From an uncultured virus (IMG/VR IMGVR_UViG_3300033143_005075) (taxonomy: Duplodnaviria > Heunggongvirae > Uroviricota > Caudoviricetes), in the IMG/VR virus record IMGVR_UViG_3300033143_005075, positions 62,001 to 120,098 of that record: a stretch of 58,098 bases of DNA; one strand, written 5' to 3'. The stretch's first letter is position 1, and each line of letters opens with the position of its first letter. Shown here one piece after another: positions 27,801 to 37,075 of this stretch. Made by a program: the position numbers and the translations under genes. The notes beneath the pieces were generated by a model. That model searched no databases. It worked only from the letters and a program-made list of their open reading frames with translations, and was not told the origin of the DNA.

Positions 27801-28286
27801 ATCAAATATATGCGATGTTTCATCGTCTACTACTACAACTGCACTAGTTGTTTTTCCAAGTCCAAGTACGCCGGTACCACCACTGATCTCCATCTGAATG
27901 GTAGGGATCGTTGATGTATTATTACTATCAAATTCATGTGCTTCCTCATCACTAGTTGTCTGGTGATCAGGATCAGGAAGAACAATTCCGCCACCCATCT
28001 GGGCGAAGAAATAATATGTTAGAAATGTAGTAGTACTTGCATTCAGCTGTTCGAATACTGACTCAAATGCGTCACCAATATTGTTCTTGGTACCAAGTTT
28101 ATCGGAATGAATATCACCAAAGAATTCATAGATTTCTGCAAAGATACTCTCATATGAATTAAAGAGCTCCCCTCTTAGAGCATTCTTAAGAACGAACGCA
28201 TCATTCTGATGCTGAGTCCCGACATAGCCCTCACCTGGAGGAGTAGCTGAAAAGTTTAGTGGAAGTTGTAAACGTTTCTCTGCCAT
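24870..28286 (-). CDS. Large virion/fibre-attachment protein with an inserted LamG-like domain
   Basis: PAADTDTRFDII...G.P..P......LA.V-type repeats typical of tail proteins; LamG-like unit at about 25503-26171. Confidence 0.7.
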   Translation of the reverse strand: MAEKRLQLPLNFSATPPGEGYVGTQHQNDAFVLKNALRGELFNSYESIFAEIYEFFGDIHSDKLGTKNNIGDAFESVFEQLNASTTTFLTYYFFAQMGGGIVLPDPDHQTTSDEEAHEFDSNNTSTIPTIQMEISGGTGVLGLGKTTSAVVVVDDETSHIFDSIDEDIVGNMTASDDTNDWTGGELQNASTGSCTLDHHHIKGNAVTPDLGAGPVARTIIGTTGTSPAKVNYTWNDGDFDFDPETGEITNFSANPAAVTFYYVYFQYRRDVVVLKQGTSNNDRVLIRKGTPEDELSETTTNIIATTDEPLYEVVIRPENDEFDHFGTSGATTVLPDNQIVDLRVGRRDEEARKGLTNGVVQFEHDRFMFDFRDDTMKAYVKAMDAIVDGALVRTEPTIITVPAADTDTRFDIIRTAKDGTVDVVSGSYGLPVVPEAGDGYAPLAAVEILSGQTTLSGSIKPTMALPAQNKSLGANVLWTKDRPLYGFDVQDQADFTLSLSGMPNLAKEATSHIASMEISGGRVLINGVFVDVPDMTSPYSLNMSTWDNGDYQLIWMGVNKSTLKIDTRGQKYESTERWEALSPLGWESYKMINGQGSWDDFVPLYVFIAAKDTTSKIALLSDERDFHPVLRPRIKTGIIWKTRIYGEDWSNERIILRHDIGVPDYAVFIQPIGVYPADPVDPVPAIEYISNNQCTIHISTDKRLPSTLSLWSKTEDVASITNPEVGPPGTILNSPTFPVGKFGRGVGMDYAGSVFNGVYHALPYPAFNTDLGCFEVWVKPVGFSIVDSKSVGGPNGAYSIFEWKVPGSGGHYVYVRFHTTNGLEWLNGAADQWISVIAAIDIPDGTWAHLAFTWDRSHATKKQRVFFNGIEVASRNVAWAAATDSSTREFRVGYGNEGGNVWWEGVLDNYKFWDYQKLDFSDRNTEGYIAATDTLQGFRWLAIAETDMIEYGTIKAGYDADTSQILPINFSDKMYDGDVTYPAILLSNIYHDDWENDKALTAYQESLGTSGELIGISARIHDNDISGYPTPHYINYAIFPDSMLMARGNSALTIADATYEQSGYVSEVDDLDINRITLAQHYELDDSVPSGVATSIQRATSGNGDQLRIVGVPGDYNINWFTLREPVAPIRPYGRQDL

Positions 28287-28298
28287 AATGTTCCTCGC

Positions 28299-29480
28299 TT
28301 ATACCCAGCGAACCTTCGCACCGTACACAATGGGTGTACTAGCGATTGCAGTGGGTGTTTGCATTTTGAATAGTAGATATATATTACTGGGTGAATCGGA
28401 GAAGATGATCGGATTTGGTGGTAGTAGAGGCATCGTATCTGATCTATATAGTGGATTTGGATCCAATGCCAGCATCCGTTCCTTATCTGTATACACAGAT
28501 AGCACAGTGTTGCTATCAGCAATCCAATTTGGGACTAGCTCAGAGAAACCAGTTTTCCCAGCAGGAACTGGGAACTTTAGGCATATATACGAGAGATTGC
28601 TATAAGTGTTTGCCTCGATGGAGAGATGTCTTACTCCAAGGAGGAACTGATATGGAATCGTGGCACTACGAGTTCTTTGTTTAACTCCAAACCGTATTGC
28701 TTTACAGTTTGTTGGATATATCGGAAGGATCTGTCGTTGAGCATTGGTTATTGGAACACTATATTCTGTGCCATCAATCTTACGTAGTGTTCCGTATCCT
28801 CCTCCTGGAGAATCAATCTCTAGACTTGTAAGATCGATACCCATCTCTGGAACAGGGATAATCTTGATCATGTTGATCTCTTTCTCTGCTTCCATGCGTA
28901 CAGTGAAGATCTGTTCGATATCAGAGATGGCTGGATTACTTGTAAATACTTTAGTGATAAATGCTGATGCTGCGTTATCATCCAATATTCGACTCACATC
29001 ATTCTCAATGATTCTATCAACCTTAGGGAGGAAACGATTGCTGGTAATGTAGTATTCGAGATAGTCCTCTATGTTTTGTGGGAGGATATATGTTCCTGTA
29101 TTTGGATCCAGGTGTAAGAATTCTCTATGCTGGACTGTAATGGCTAAGGTGGTCGCACCATATGTGGTATCTAGTTCGGCTTTTTGTGTGTCTGAAGTTT
29201 CTGTGATGGTTGGATATAGAACATTATCTGGATCAAAGAAGGATAGATAGGTCTGTGAATCTGTCACACCACTGAGAGAGTTCTGAATGATGTTCATCTG
29301 TGCAATGAGCGCATCATTCGAGGCGCCAGCCGCATCAACTTGCGCTTCTAGATTTGTATCAAGCTGAGAGAGACCAGTGTAGAGTTCACTGACATCATCT
29401 CCAATAGCCCTGAAGAAGCCATTCAGCTTCCTAGAATCTGTTTGTTCTCCACGTACTAGCTCTTGAAAATTGAATATCAC
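28299..29480 (-). CDS. Putative baseplate/virion structural protein (paralogue family member)
   Basis: N-terminal RGEQTDSRKLNGFF..I..D+..LY helix; C-terminal STPIVYG strand. Confidence 0.6.
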   Translation of the reverse strand: MIFNFQELVRGEQTDSRKLNGFFRAIGDDVSELYTGLSQLDTNLEAQVDAAGASNDALIAQMNIIQNSLSGVTDSQTYLSFFDPDNVLYPTITETSDTQKAELDTTYGATTLAITVQHREFLHLDPNTGTYILPQNIEDYLEYYITSNRFLPKVDRIIENDVSRILDDNAASAFITKVFTSNPAISDIEQIFTVRMEAEKEINMIKIIPVPEMGIDLTSLEIDSPGGGYGTLRKIDGTEYSVPITNAQRQILPIYPTNCKAIRFGVKQRTRSATIPYQFLLGVRHLSIEANTYSNLSYICLKFPVPAGKTGFSELVPNWIADSNTVLSVYTDKERMLALDPNPLYRSDTMPLLPPNPIIFSDSPSNIYLLFKMQTPTAIASTPIVYGAKVRWV

Positions 29481-29482
29481 GG

Positions 29483-30184
29483 CTAGACTCCTATTGTATG
29501 AACGAATCTTTCATGAAGATCCAAAAAGGTCCGCATCGTTTCTTCGCTTGGAATGATGGTTTCTGAATACTCTTCCAGTTCGGCTTCCTTATTGTAAAGG
29601 AAGAACAAATCATTTGAAATCTCTCTGAAAGTATCTCCATATTTGAATGACTCATTGTGTCCTCTGTATCTGAGATTTCTACTACTGATACAGGGTCTGA
29701 ATCGTTTGTCATACCTTTCACGGGGCACCGGAACATATGATCCTGTGTAATCTGTCCAATAACACGTTCCATTGTACGTATATTGCATATTATACAGTAC
29801 GATAAGGTCTGTGTCAACCACAGGATCGAGTACGAAATCTCTTCCAGCTAGGAATATAGGCGTTATATCGACAGTTTCGTGGACTGCCTTCATATCCTCC
29901 AGCATGCTTAGACCACCCATAAAGAGGGTGGTAGACATGTATCTACAGAGTGACATATACTGCAAGAATGGGTGAGAACTACTGAGTTCTGACAGATATT
30001 GGGTAACGTCAGGGTCACTTGGATCTATAATCCATTTGTGTAGGATAAATGAATCACCAGTTACTGCCTTATCAAAGTTCTTGTCAAATGAGATCTTAGC
30101 TATCCACTCATAACCACAGATAGGACTTTCCAGGAGATCAACCTGCTGGAATTCGAGGATTTGTGTATCTATGGGAAGAGACAT
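29483..30184 (-). CDS. Putative virion structural protein
   Basis: Contains YRGHNESFKY...F..I.NDL..LY, resembling the N-termini of neighbouring genes. Confidence 0.55.
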   Translation of the reverse strand: MSLPIDTQILEFQQVDLLESPICGYEWIAKISFDKNFDKAVTGDSFILHKWIIDPSDPDVTQYLSELSSSHPFLQYMSLCRYMSTTLFMGGLSMLEDMKAVHETVDITPIFLAGRDFVLDPVVDTDLIVLYNMQYTYNGTCYWTDYTGSYVPVPRERYDKRFRPCISSRNLRYRGHNESFKYGDTFREISNDLFFLYNKEAELEEYSETIIPSEETMRTFLDLHERFVHTIGV

Positions 30185-30192
30185 GTTCCCTC

Positions 30193-32847
30193 CTACAGTA
30201 ACAATAACTCGATCCTGTTAAGGATCGGAGTTTGATATGTCTTCTTACCTTCTCTGGTAAGATTTGCTTTTACGTATATCTGGGTTACTGCTTCACTGTC
30301 CTCTTCCTTTCTCTTGGTATTGAGGAACAGTGAGTATTTGTCTGGTATGATTTCATAGTAATCAAAGTCACCATCTGCAGTATAGATTGCTCGCTTTCCA
30401 ATGATATCTATGCCCTTTACATGTGACTCATATATATTGATCTGTTCAGGTAGAGATTCTGGAACATAGTTTAATAAGATCTTTCCTCCGCTATAAGCAA
30501 AGGATCTGTGGTCCTTTGGTCCTACCTGATTTGACAATGCTTTGGTACTTACTAGCCTTAAAGGCTTTTCGAATGCTCGCATTTCTTCGTATTCACCTAG
30601 ATTGATTCCTGCAATAGATACATCGGAAGTGAGTTGATTTACGTCCAGTCTATTGTTGGGATCAGTCTTATATGGTTGTGTCGTTCGTACGTTATGCCAG
30701 CCACTTTTCATCAGATATGTTGTCATGTTGCTGACATTGATACCATCGATCACGTGAAGATTCCCAGCCTGGATTTCTTCTTCTGTAAATGGATAAATAA
30801 CGATCTCTGTTTCTACAGAGTAGAAGACATTGGTTGTATAGATGTTGTACTTCTCTCTAGATTTGGTAGTATAAGAGAAGGAGACATATGCAGTTCTTTT
30901 GGCTCTTCTTGGCATAGTTGATGAGGATGAACCACTACCAACATTAACAGTAATGGCTTGAGTGGTTCCTTCTCCCACGGATGTTCCTATCTCTGTATTC
31001 TCTGATAGGCTAACTAGTCTTCCAATCGGATCTACGAAGAAATTACCATCTGGAATAGTTTCTTCATCAGGACTGTGTCTCATCTCAAAGCTATCAGGAT
31101 CCACTTCGAGAACAAACTTTCCACTCTGTTCGAGTGTTCTAATCAATACGGGATAAGTCACATATGTTGTTGTATTAATTTGTGCTCCACTGGGACCTGA
31201 TAACAGAAGAGTTTTCCCATTTCTACTAATGATATCTAATTTGTATACTCCATCTGTAACGTAGATATCATCATTTGCTGGTATATATTGTAGTTCGATT
31301 GTGAGATCTGACTTGATAACTTTAGCTTCATTATCTATCCTGGTATAGATCTCGAGGGATTCTACTCCCCCAGTTGCTACATCTGTAAAGACGTACTTGA
31401 CGTTCTCTATTTCTGTCTTTATCTCAAGGATAGAATTATCTATAGCATATGTATCATATCCGCGCATGAGACGAATGGATGGAAGATCAGCAGAAACCTC
31501 TGCAGAACCAGAGATATCTAAGACATCACCAGAGACAAAGTCAGATAAACCGGCCTTCTCAATAATATTATATAGAGGCTTGTTTCCATAATCCTCCAGT
31601 GGCTGTAGTGTGCTCCATCTGGAGCTATCATTCTCAGTGATATCATCAATAGAGATTGTGCTTTTGAGACCTAGGGAGATAACATTCCGCGGCGATTCCT
31701 TTTCATTGATTGGATCTATTCCAATCCAGCGAGTTCCATCACTGCTGACAAAGTAGTCAACATCTGCCCCACGAGGAACATAGTGATCAACCTTCAGCAT
31801 CACATCACCGACTGACATTCCAGCAGAAATGGCTGTGCTTTGCACAATACCTTCACTCTGGAATGCTGTGTTCTCAAGTAGGATGCGCTTGATACTAAAT
31901 GTAAATCTTCGTTCGTTATCCAGTATTAGATCAGGACCCACTTTGTGCATGAATAGTTCAATCGTTGATGCATCAATACCTTCGAATGTAAATGTATAAA
32001 TTCCAGTAGCAGCAAGAAACTCTGGCACTATCTCTTTTTGATCACCTGTACCATAAATGGCTTCTGCTCTTAAAGTCACAGCATCTGGATTAGCCATCTC
32101 AATTGTGATTGAATTAATGGTCTTATTGTATCCATCCTTATTAAGTCGCATCTGGATACTACCACCAATCTCATTCAGAGAGTTAGAGTAGTCTATTGCT
32201 GTGATATTTACTATGTCATCACTCGCTGGTCTGAGAATAAGATATGGTAATTTATCTGTACCGTATGGGACATTGTTGTCAAAAGATATAGTGACATCGG
32301 ATTTATCCAGATCTCTAATGTTAACTTGACCAACATTAGACTTTGCAGCTAGTGAACACACATGGTTCTCTAGATCAATAAGTGCTGTAGTATTGGTTGT
32401 ATCGATATGCTGAGCAGATGAGAAATCTATTGTAAGTGTCTTAGCTGCTGCACGAAGTCTGGTGCTGGCGCGTCTTATAAGCGCATTCAGCTTGTCACCA
32501 ATGTCCTTTATGAATGTAAAGATCTTCTCACTGGCTTTATCTGCCTTATCGATAGTGGTCTGTATCCAATCGATAGTACCATCGACAACATCTGTATCAT
32601 TTCTTAGTCCAGTTATATTATCATTATGTAATGCAAAAAGAGGTCTCTTAGGTTCTTCGTCTGATTCTACAGCCAGTTTCTCAAATGTATATCCTGGAAA
32701 TAGGGGTTTGCCCAACAGATCTGATACTTTGATGTGAGTAATCATTGCCTGCAGCTTAGTTAACAACAGGTCAGTCTCACCTCGATTATAAACAGCAATC
32801 TCATGCTGTATAAGCAGATCTTCTTGCAGTTCTTTAATAATTGACAT
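30193..32847 (-). CDS. Putative baseplate/virion structural protein (paralogue family member), 884 aa
   Basis: N-terminal coiled coil, VDYFVSSDG..W, C-terminal QTPILNRI. Confidence 0.6.
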   Translation of the reverse strand: MSIIKELQEDLLIQHEIAVYNRGETDLLLTKLQAMITHIKVSDLLGKPLFPGYTFEKLAVESDEEPKRPLFALHNDNITGLRNDTDVVDGTIDWIQTTIDKADKASEKIFTFIKDIGDKLNALIRRASTRLRAAAKTLTIDFSSAQHIDTTNTTALIDLENHVCSLAAKSNVGQVNIRDLDKSDVTISFDNNVPYGTDKLPYLILRPASDDIVNITAIDYSNSLNEIGGSIQMRLNKDGYNKTINSITIEMANPDAVTLRAEAIYGTGDQKEIVPEFLAATGIYTFTFEGIDASTIELFMHKVGPDLILDNERRFTFSIKRILLENTAFQSEGIVQSTAISAGMSVGDVMLKVDHYVPRGADVDYFVSSDGTRWIGIDPINEKESPRNVISLGLKSTISIDDITENDSSRWSTLQPLEDYGNKPLYNIIEKAGLSDFVSGDVLDISGSAEVSADLPSIRLMRGYDTYAIDNSILEIKTEIENVKYVFTDVATGGVESLEIYTRIDNEAKVIKSDLTIELQYIPANDDIYVTDGVYKLDIISRNGKTLLLSGPSGAQINTTTYVTYPVLIRTLEQSGKFVLEVDPDSFEMRHSPDEETIPDGNFFVDPIGRLVSLSENTEIGTSVGEGTTQAITVNVGSGSSSSTMPRRAKRTAYVSFSYTTKSREKYNIYTTNVFYSVETEIVIYPFTEEEIQAGNLHVIDGINVSNMTTYLMKSGWHNVRTTQPYKTDPNNRLDVNQLTSDVSIAGINLGEYEEMRAFEKPLRLVSTKALSNQVGPKDHRSFAYSGGKILLNYVPESLPEQINIYESHVKGIDIIGKRAIYTADGDFDYYEIIPDKYSLFLNTKRKEEDSEAVTQIYVKANLTREGKKTYQTPILNRIELLLL

Positions 32848-34382
32848 TATTCAGCCACCTGATCTGTTTTGATCTTAAGTTTTAGTGAGTAAATAACTGG
32901 CGTATCCTTGTTTGAATCTGCTGCAGCCATCTCAATCTTCAGATATACTTTCTTCTGTTCCTTTATCTCTGGAAGATATAGATATTCATTAATGAGCTCA
33001 TCACCATTCAGAACAATTCTTGTTGGATAATTGACATTGAATGAGTTCACTGCACCTGTTGCATTTCTTACCTGATGCCATTCTTCTTCATCAAATGAGA
33101 TAAAGAACTTCAATAGCTCTCTTCCTGAATCTGGTACAGTTGTTTCTGCATTGATCTCGACTGAGATAATGTTATCTTCAGTCTTGATTGCATTTGATTG
33201 CCACAGTGTATTGGTTCCAAATATCGCTTCTGTCACTGAAATGTTATCTACTATTGTTTCTACTACTGGAATGGCTTTCTTTTCAACCTCTTCCAGATCA
33301 CTATCACCTACATCTACTACAATTTGATTTGGTCCAAAGATCTCTTTTGCTAGGTTCATTGCTTCCAGAGTTTCGGAGAAGTTTAGGATACTTACGGTCT
33401 CCTTGGATTCTCGCTCCTTCAGCTTTAGAACATTATATGTGGGATAAGTTACAAATTCGTTTCTCAATCTGAAATTCAGTGCATTCGTCTTTCTATCACC
33501 AATGATAAGACCATTTCTTGGAACCACAGTCAATGTCGTTGTTCCTCCAAGAAAGTCAACGTGTGTTCTTGATGCATTTGTATCTATAGTAATAATGTTG
33601 GCACTGTGCAGCCTTGGCATCTTTACCATGATGTCGACTTGAGATTCTGCCTGCCATCCTATTGTTTGTACAATGAAGTCAGTGTTTGAAGAACCATCAA
33701 ATGCATTACTGAGTCCGTAGTCTCTGCCCCAGCGAATGGAATCAAGTGGAGCAATGAGGCGGCCGATAAATGATCCACGGAAGAGATCTTTATCTCTGAC
33801 ATCTTCCATGTCATTCAGTTTTGTAATCATTGCATTAGATGGCTGAACTACCTTAAGACTTGGTGTTAATGCAAGTGTCTTTTTTGATACTATTGGTAAT
33901 GTCATGGTGTGGTCTGCAATAATATTACTAATGTTCTCTTTATAATTGAAGTTGAAATTGATTACCTTCAGTTCATGTGTATGAATAGAAGCATTGGTGC
34001 TTCTTTCTTTGACTTGTTCTTCGATGTTATCGATAGAAGAAGTCGAGGTCTCAATCATTTGACTTGACTTATTTATTGCAGTGGTGAATTTATCGAGCAC
34101 TGTATTAAACTTATCTGTCATCTCTTCAAGAACATCTCGAGACACAGTCATCACTTTATGTATCTGATTTTGCATATCATTTAGATGCTTTGATTGTAAA
34201 GGATCTGTGAAGCGAACATCACTAATCGTAAACTCTGGAAATCCACCTGTCTCTACTAGATGATTGAGCTGTCTAAGAATCTTTTCGGCCATTCTGATGT
34301 CCACTAATGGACCAGTCTGGTTGACTAGCTCTTCCAGTTCAGTCTTGATCTCGTCGATTTGATATTGTATAAGCGTTGTCAT
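32847..34382 (-). CDS. Putative baseplate/virion structural protein (paralogue family member), 511 aa
   Basis: N-terminal coiled coil, SNAFDG (discoidin-like start), KFFISFDEEEW, C-terminal DTPVIYSL. Confidence 0.6.
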   Translation of the reverse strand: MTTLIQYQIDEIKTELEELVNQTGPLVDIRMAEKILRQLNHLVETGGFPEFTISDVRFTDPLQSKHLNDMQNQIHKVMTVSRDVLEEMTDKFNTVLDKFTTAINKSSQMIETSTSSIDNIEEQVKERSTNASIHTHELKVINFNFNYKENISNIIADHTMTLPIVSKKTLALTPSLKVVQPSNAMITKLNDMEDVRDKDLFRGSFIGRLIAPLDSIRWGRDYGLSNAFDGSSNTDFIVQTIGWQAESQVDIMVKMPRLHSANIITIDTNASRTHVDFLGGTTTLTVVPRNGLIIGDRKTNALNFRLRNEFVTYPTYNVLKLKERESKETVSILNFSETLEAMNLAKEIFGPNQIVVDVGDSDLEEVEKKAIPVVETIVDNISVTEAIFGTNTLWQSNAIKTEDNIISVEINAETTVPDSGRELLKFFISFDEEEWHQVRNATGAVNSFNVNYPTRIVLNGDELINEYLYLPEIKEQKKVYLKIEMAAADSNKDTPVIYSLKLKIKTDQVAE

Positions 34383-34384
34383 CT

Positions 34385-37075
34385 TTATGCCTTATCGATA
34401 AAGTTGCTATAGTCATAGATGGCCGGCGTGGCCGTATCAATGCTTCTATCTGTTCTGTATAGTTTTATTACAGAAGCTAAGATATCGGGGAGCACATAGT
34501 ATCTTACTGTAATCTCAAGATCTATATTTGTATTGAAGTATACACGATTTGCCTCTACATAATATTCGTAGTTTCTCCTGGCTGGACTAAACTCTGTAAA
34601 CTCAGGCTTCGTATTACCCACATAGTCAGTAAGGTTTCGTGCTCTTTTGCCTCTGATGGTAATGATAACCGGTTCATATACTACATCATTATTATACTCA
34701 AGCACAAAGATTCCATCTCCCTCTCTCCAGATTGGAGGAACAGTAGATGTGTCACCAATGATTCGCGGATCGATATAGATCCCAAACTCCAGAGTAATGA
34801 CGTTATCTTCATCGGTACCAAAGAAAAGTTCTGTCCTGTTCTGTTCAGCAATGTTACTTTGCTGAGCACCAACATCTCCACTGAGTGGGATATATGATGT
34901 CTTCATAATACCATCGATACCAGAGTGCAGAGGTGTTGTGAATGCATTCTTATCATTACCGGGATATGATGTATCTGTATCATACTCGGATGTGATCAAA
35001 GGTCTTCCCGACATATATACATGTAGAGAACCTGGTATGTAATCATATGCAGTATTGAATGATGTACCTCCGCCTCCACTGATATTCTCATTGATAATAC
35101 CATAGTAGATCGCTCTTTGCGGAGGAGTAACATATTCTCCTGAGATTCCATAAAGATATGGTGCAACTAGATCTACATATGGAGGGAATATGGAATCATT
35201 CATGCTCTTCTTACTCTTTATACCATATCCAAACTCGGGGATATCTCCAGATGCACTAGATGGGATGAGGAACGGGTGTGCTTCATCATTAGTGATGCTG
35301 TAAGAAACGAAGTCACCATTCTGTGTCTCTATGATCATTCTCTGAAGATTACCATCTTCAAGCTGGTTGCGAAGATTTGGCTTTCCACCTATATCCACAA
35401 TGTTAAGTGTGTTAGGACTATATGGATTTCCAAGATCGTTGACTGAAGCAACTTTATATTTGATCGTAACGAAGTCACCAAGACCCAGTGTATATGAGTT
35501 GTCAAATGTGATACCATATGCCATTTGTGATGTTGCATATGGTTTACGAATCGAATAGTTGGCGCCACCAACAATCGACCCATTTCTAGTTACTTCAATG
35601 TTTATTGCAGAATCTAGAAATAGATCTGTGTTATATGTCTTAACAGTTGTATCATTTATAGTGATGATATCTGTCATCCATTCATCATTTGAATCGAATC
35701 GATGTACATCACCGCCTACTTCAAGATAATAATTTGCAAGTGTTCCATCAGGGACATTGTCATTCTTAACAAGAGTAACCGCTGTAATGTCACCACGTCC
35801 ACCGAATGTCTGTGATCTATATATATTATCATCCTGATATCTATTATTATATATCCTAAGATCGAACATGCCAATGTTGTACCAATATGTGGATGTCAAA
35901 TCTCCCTTGTTACCGTCCTCTGAGTTCAAGTCTAGATTAAGAGTATCAATAGCATTTTGGATGAGCACTTTGATCTTCTTATCGATACTCTCTCGGACAA
36001 TAGTTGGCACAACCTGGTTGAAACCGCTAGTATTCTGTGTGCTATTCTTACCTATTTCATGAAGGACATCACTAAAGCTTCTTGTCTCTCCACTAAAGAA
36101 TAGTCTGCTGGCCATGTCTGCAGCTATCTTCTTGATCTTATACTTCTCTTGCTTGACCTTAATCATAATACTGCGTGCATCGACCTGCTCGAAATTAAAG
36201 TTAAAGTTTCGATAGTTGAACACATCGGTTCGTGTGTTGATCTCTGTCCAGTTAGTAGAATCGGAACTTGTATTAATATCACTAACATAGAAGATTCCTT
36301 CTATGGTAAGAGCATGGGATGAAAACTGCCCAAATGAAATATTATTGATCCATTTTGCTGCTGGAAGAACAATGATAATTGCATATTCTATTCCTGCAGG
36401 AGAATCAGATATGATATCCATGTCCATTGTATTGACAAATGATTCAGCAGCAAGTGTTTCATTATTGATGACGGTCAAAGCGCCCCGGGTGACTGGCTTC
36501 AGATATAGATCATATCCAAGTTCATCTTTGACAATATCATCGACATTCACGGTGTTTAATGTAATAACTCCAGCGGTATCCTTGTTAATCGTGGATGAGT
36601 CGCGAATTGGATATGTATTATCATCAGAAGTAAATGAGTTATGTATAACCTCATCAAATTCCACATGGAGATTGCTCAATGCCTCCAGACTCTGGATACG
36701 ACTTGTCTGATCATCTACTTTGCTAATCATCTTACTAATAACTCTGTCCATCATGATGACTGTCTGGGTTAGAATCGTTACGAAGCTCGAGAGATTATCA
36801 TATAGCACAGCAAGGTCGATTTGGATATTCTCAATCATCTCATTGTAGTTATTAGATCGTAGCTTCTGAGATTCAAATTCAAATGGAACAGATGCTTGCC
36901 CATTGACTCTGACTTGATCCATCGCTGTTTCTATATGCTGTGTTACCTCACTGAGAATTGGGGCAATTTGGGTCTCAGGACTACTTATAGTCTTGAATAG
37001 ATATGCCTTGATCTCTTTGAGATAATTCTCAATATAAGGTTGCTTATAATATCTCGGTTCTAATATGTCAGCCAC
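34385..37075 (-). CDS. Putative baseplate/virion structural protein (paralogue family member), 896 aa
   Basis: SNNYNEMIENIQIDLAVLYD helix; C-terminal ATPAIYDY. Confidence 0.6.
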   Translation of the reverse strand: MADILEPRYYKQPYIENYLKEIKAYLFKTISSPETQIAPILSEVTQHIETAMDQVRVNGQASVPFEFESQKLRSNNYNEMIENIQIDLAVLYDNLSSFVTILTQTVIMMDRVISKMISKVDDQTSRIQSLEALSNLHVEFDEVIHNSFTSDDNTYPIRDSSTINKDTAGVITLNTVNVDDIVKDELGYDLYLKPVTRGALTVINNETLAAESFVNTMDMDIISDSPAGIEYAIIIVLPAAKWINNISFGQFSSHALTIEGIFYVSDINTSSDSTNWTEINTRTDVFNYRNFNFNFEQVDARSIMIKVKQEKYKIKKIAADMASRLFFSGETRSFSDVLHEIGKNSTQNTSGFNQVVPTIVRESIDKKIKVLIQNAIDTLNLDLNSEDGNKGDLTSTYWYNIGMFDLRIYNNRYQDDNIYRSQTFGGRGDITAVTLVKNDNVPDGTLANYYLEVGGDVHRFDSNDEWMTDIITINDTTVKTYNTDLFLDSAINIEVTRNGSIVGGANYSIRKPYATSQMAYGITFDNSYTLGLGDFVTIKYKVASVNDLGNPYSPNTLNIVDIGGKPNLRNQLEDGNLQRMIIETQNGDFVSYSITNDEAHPFLIPSSASGDIPEFGYGIKSKKSMNDSIFPPYVDLVAPYLYGISGEYVTPPQRAIYYGIINENISGGGGTSFNTAYDYIPGSLHVYMSGRPLITSEYDTDTSYPGNDKNAFTTPLHSGIDGIMKTSYIPLSGDVGAQQSNIAEQNRTELFFGTDEDNVITLEFGIYIDPRIIGDTSTVPPIWREGDGIFVLEYNNDVVYEPVIITIRGKRARNLTDYVGNTKPEFTEFSPARRNYEYYVEANRVYFNTNIDLEITVRYYVLPDILASVIKLYRTDRSIDTATPAIYDYSNFIDKA

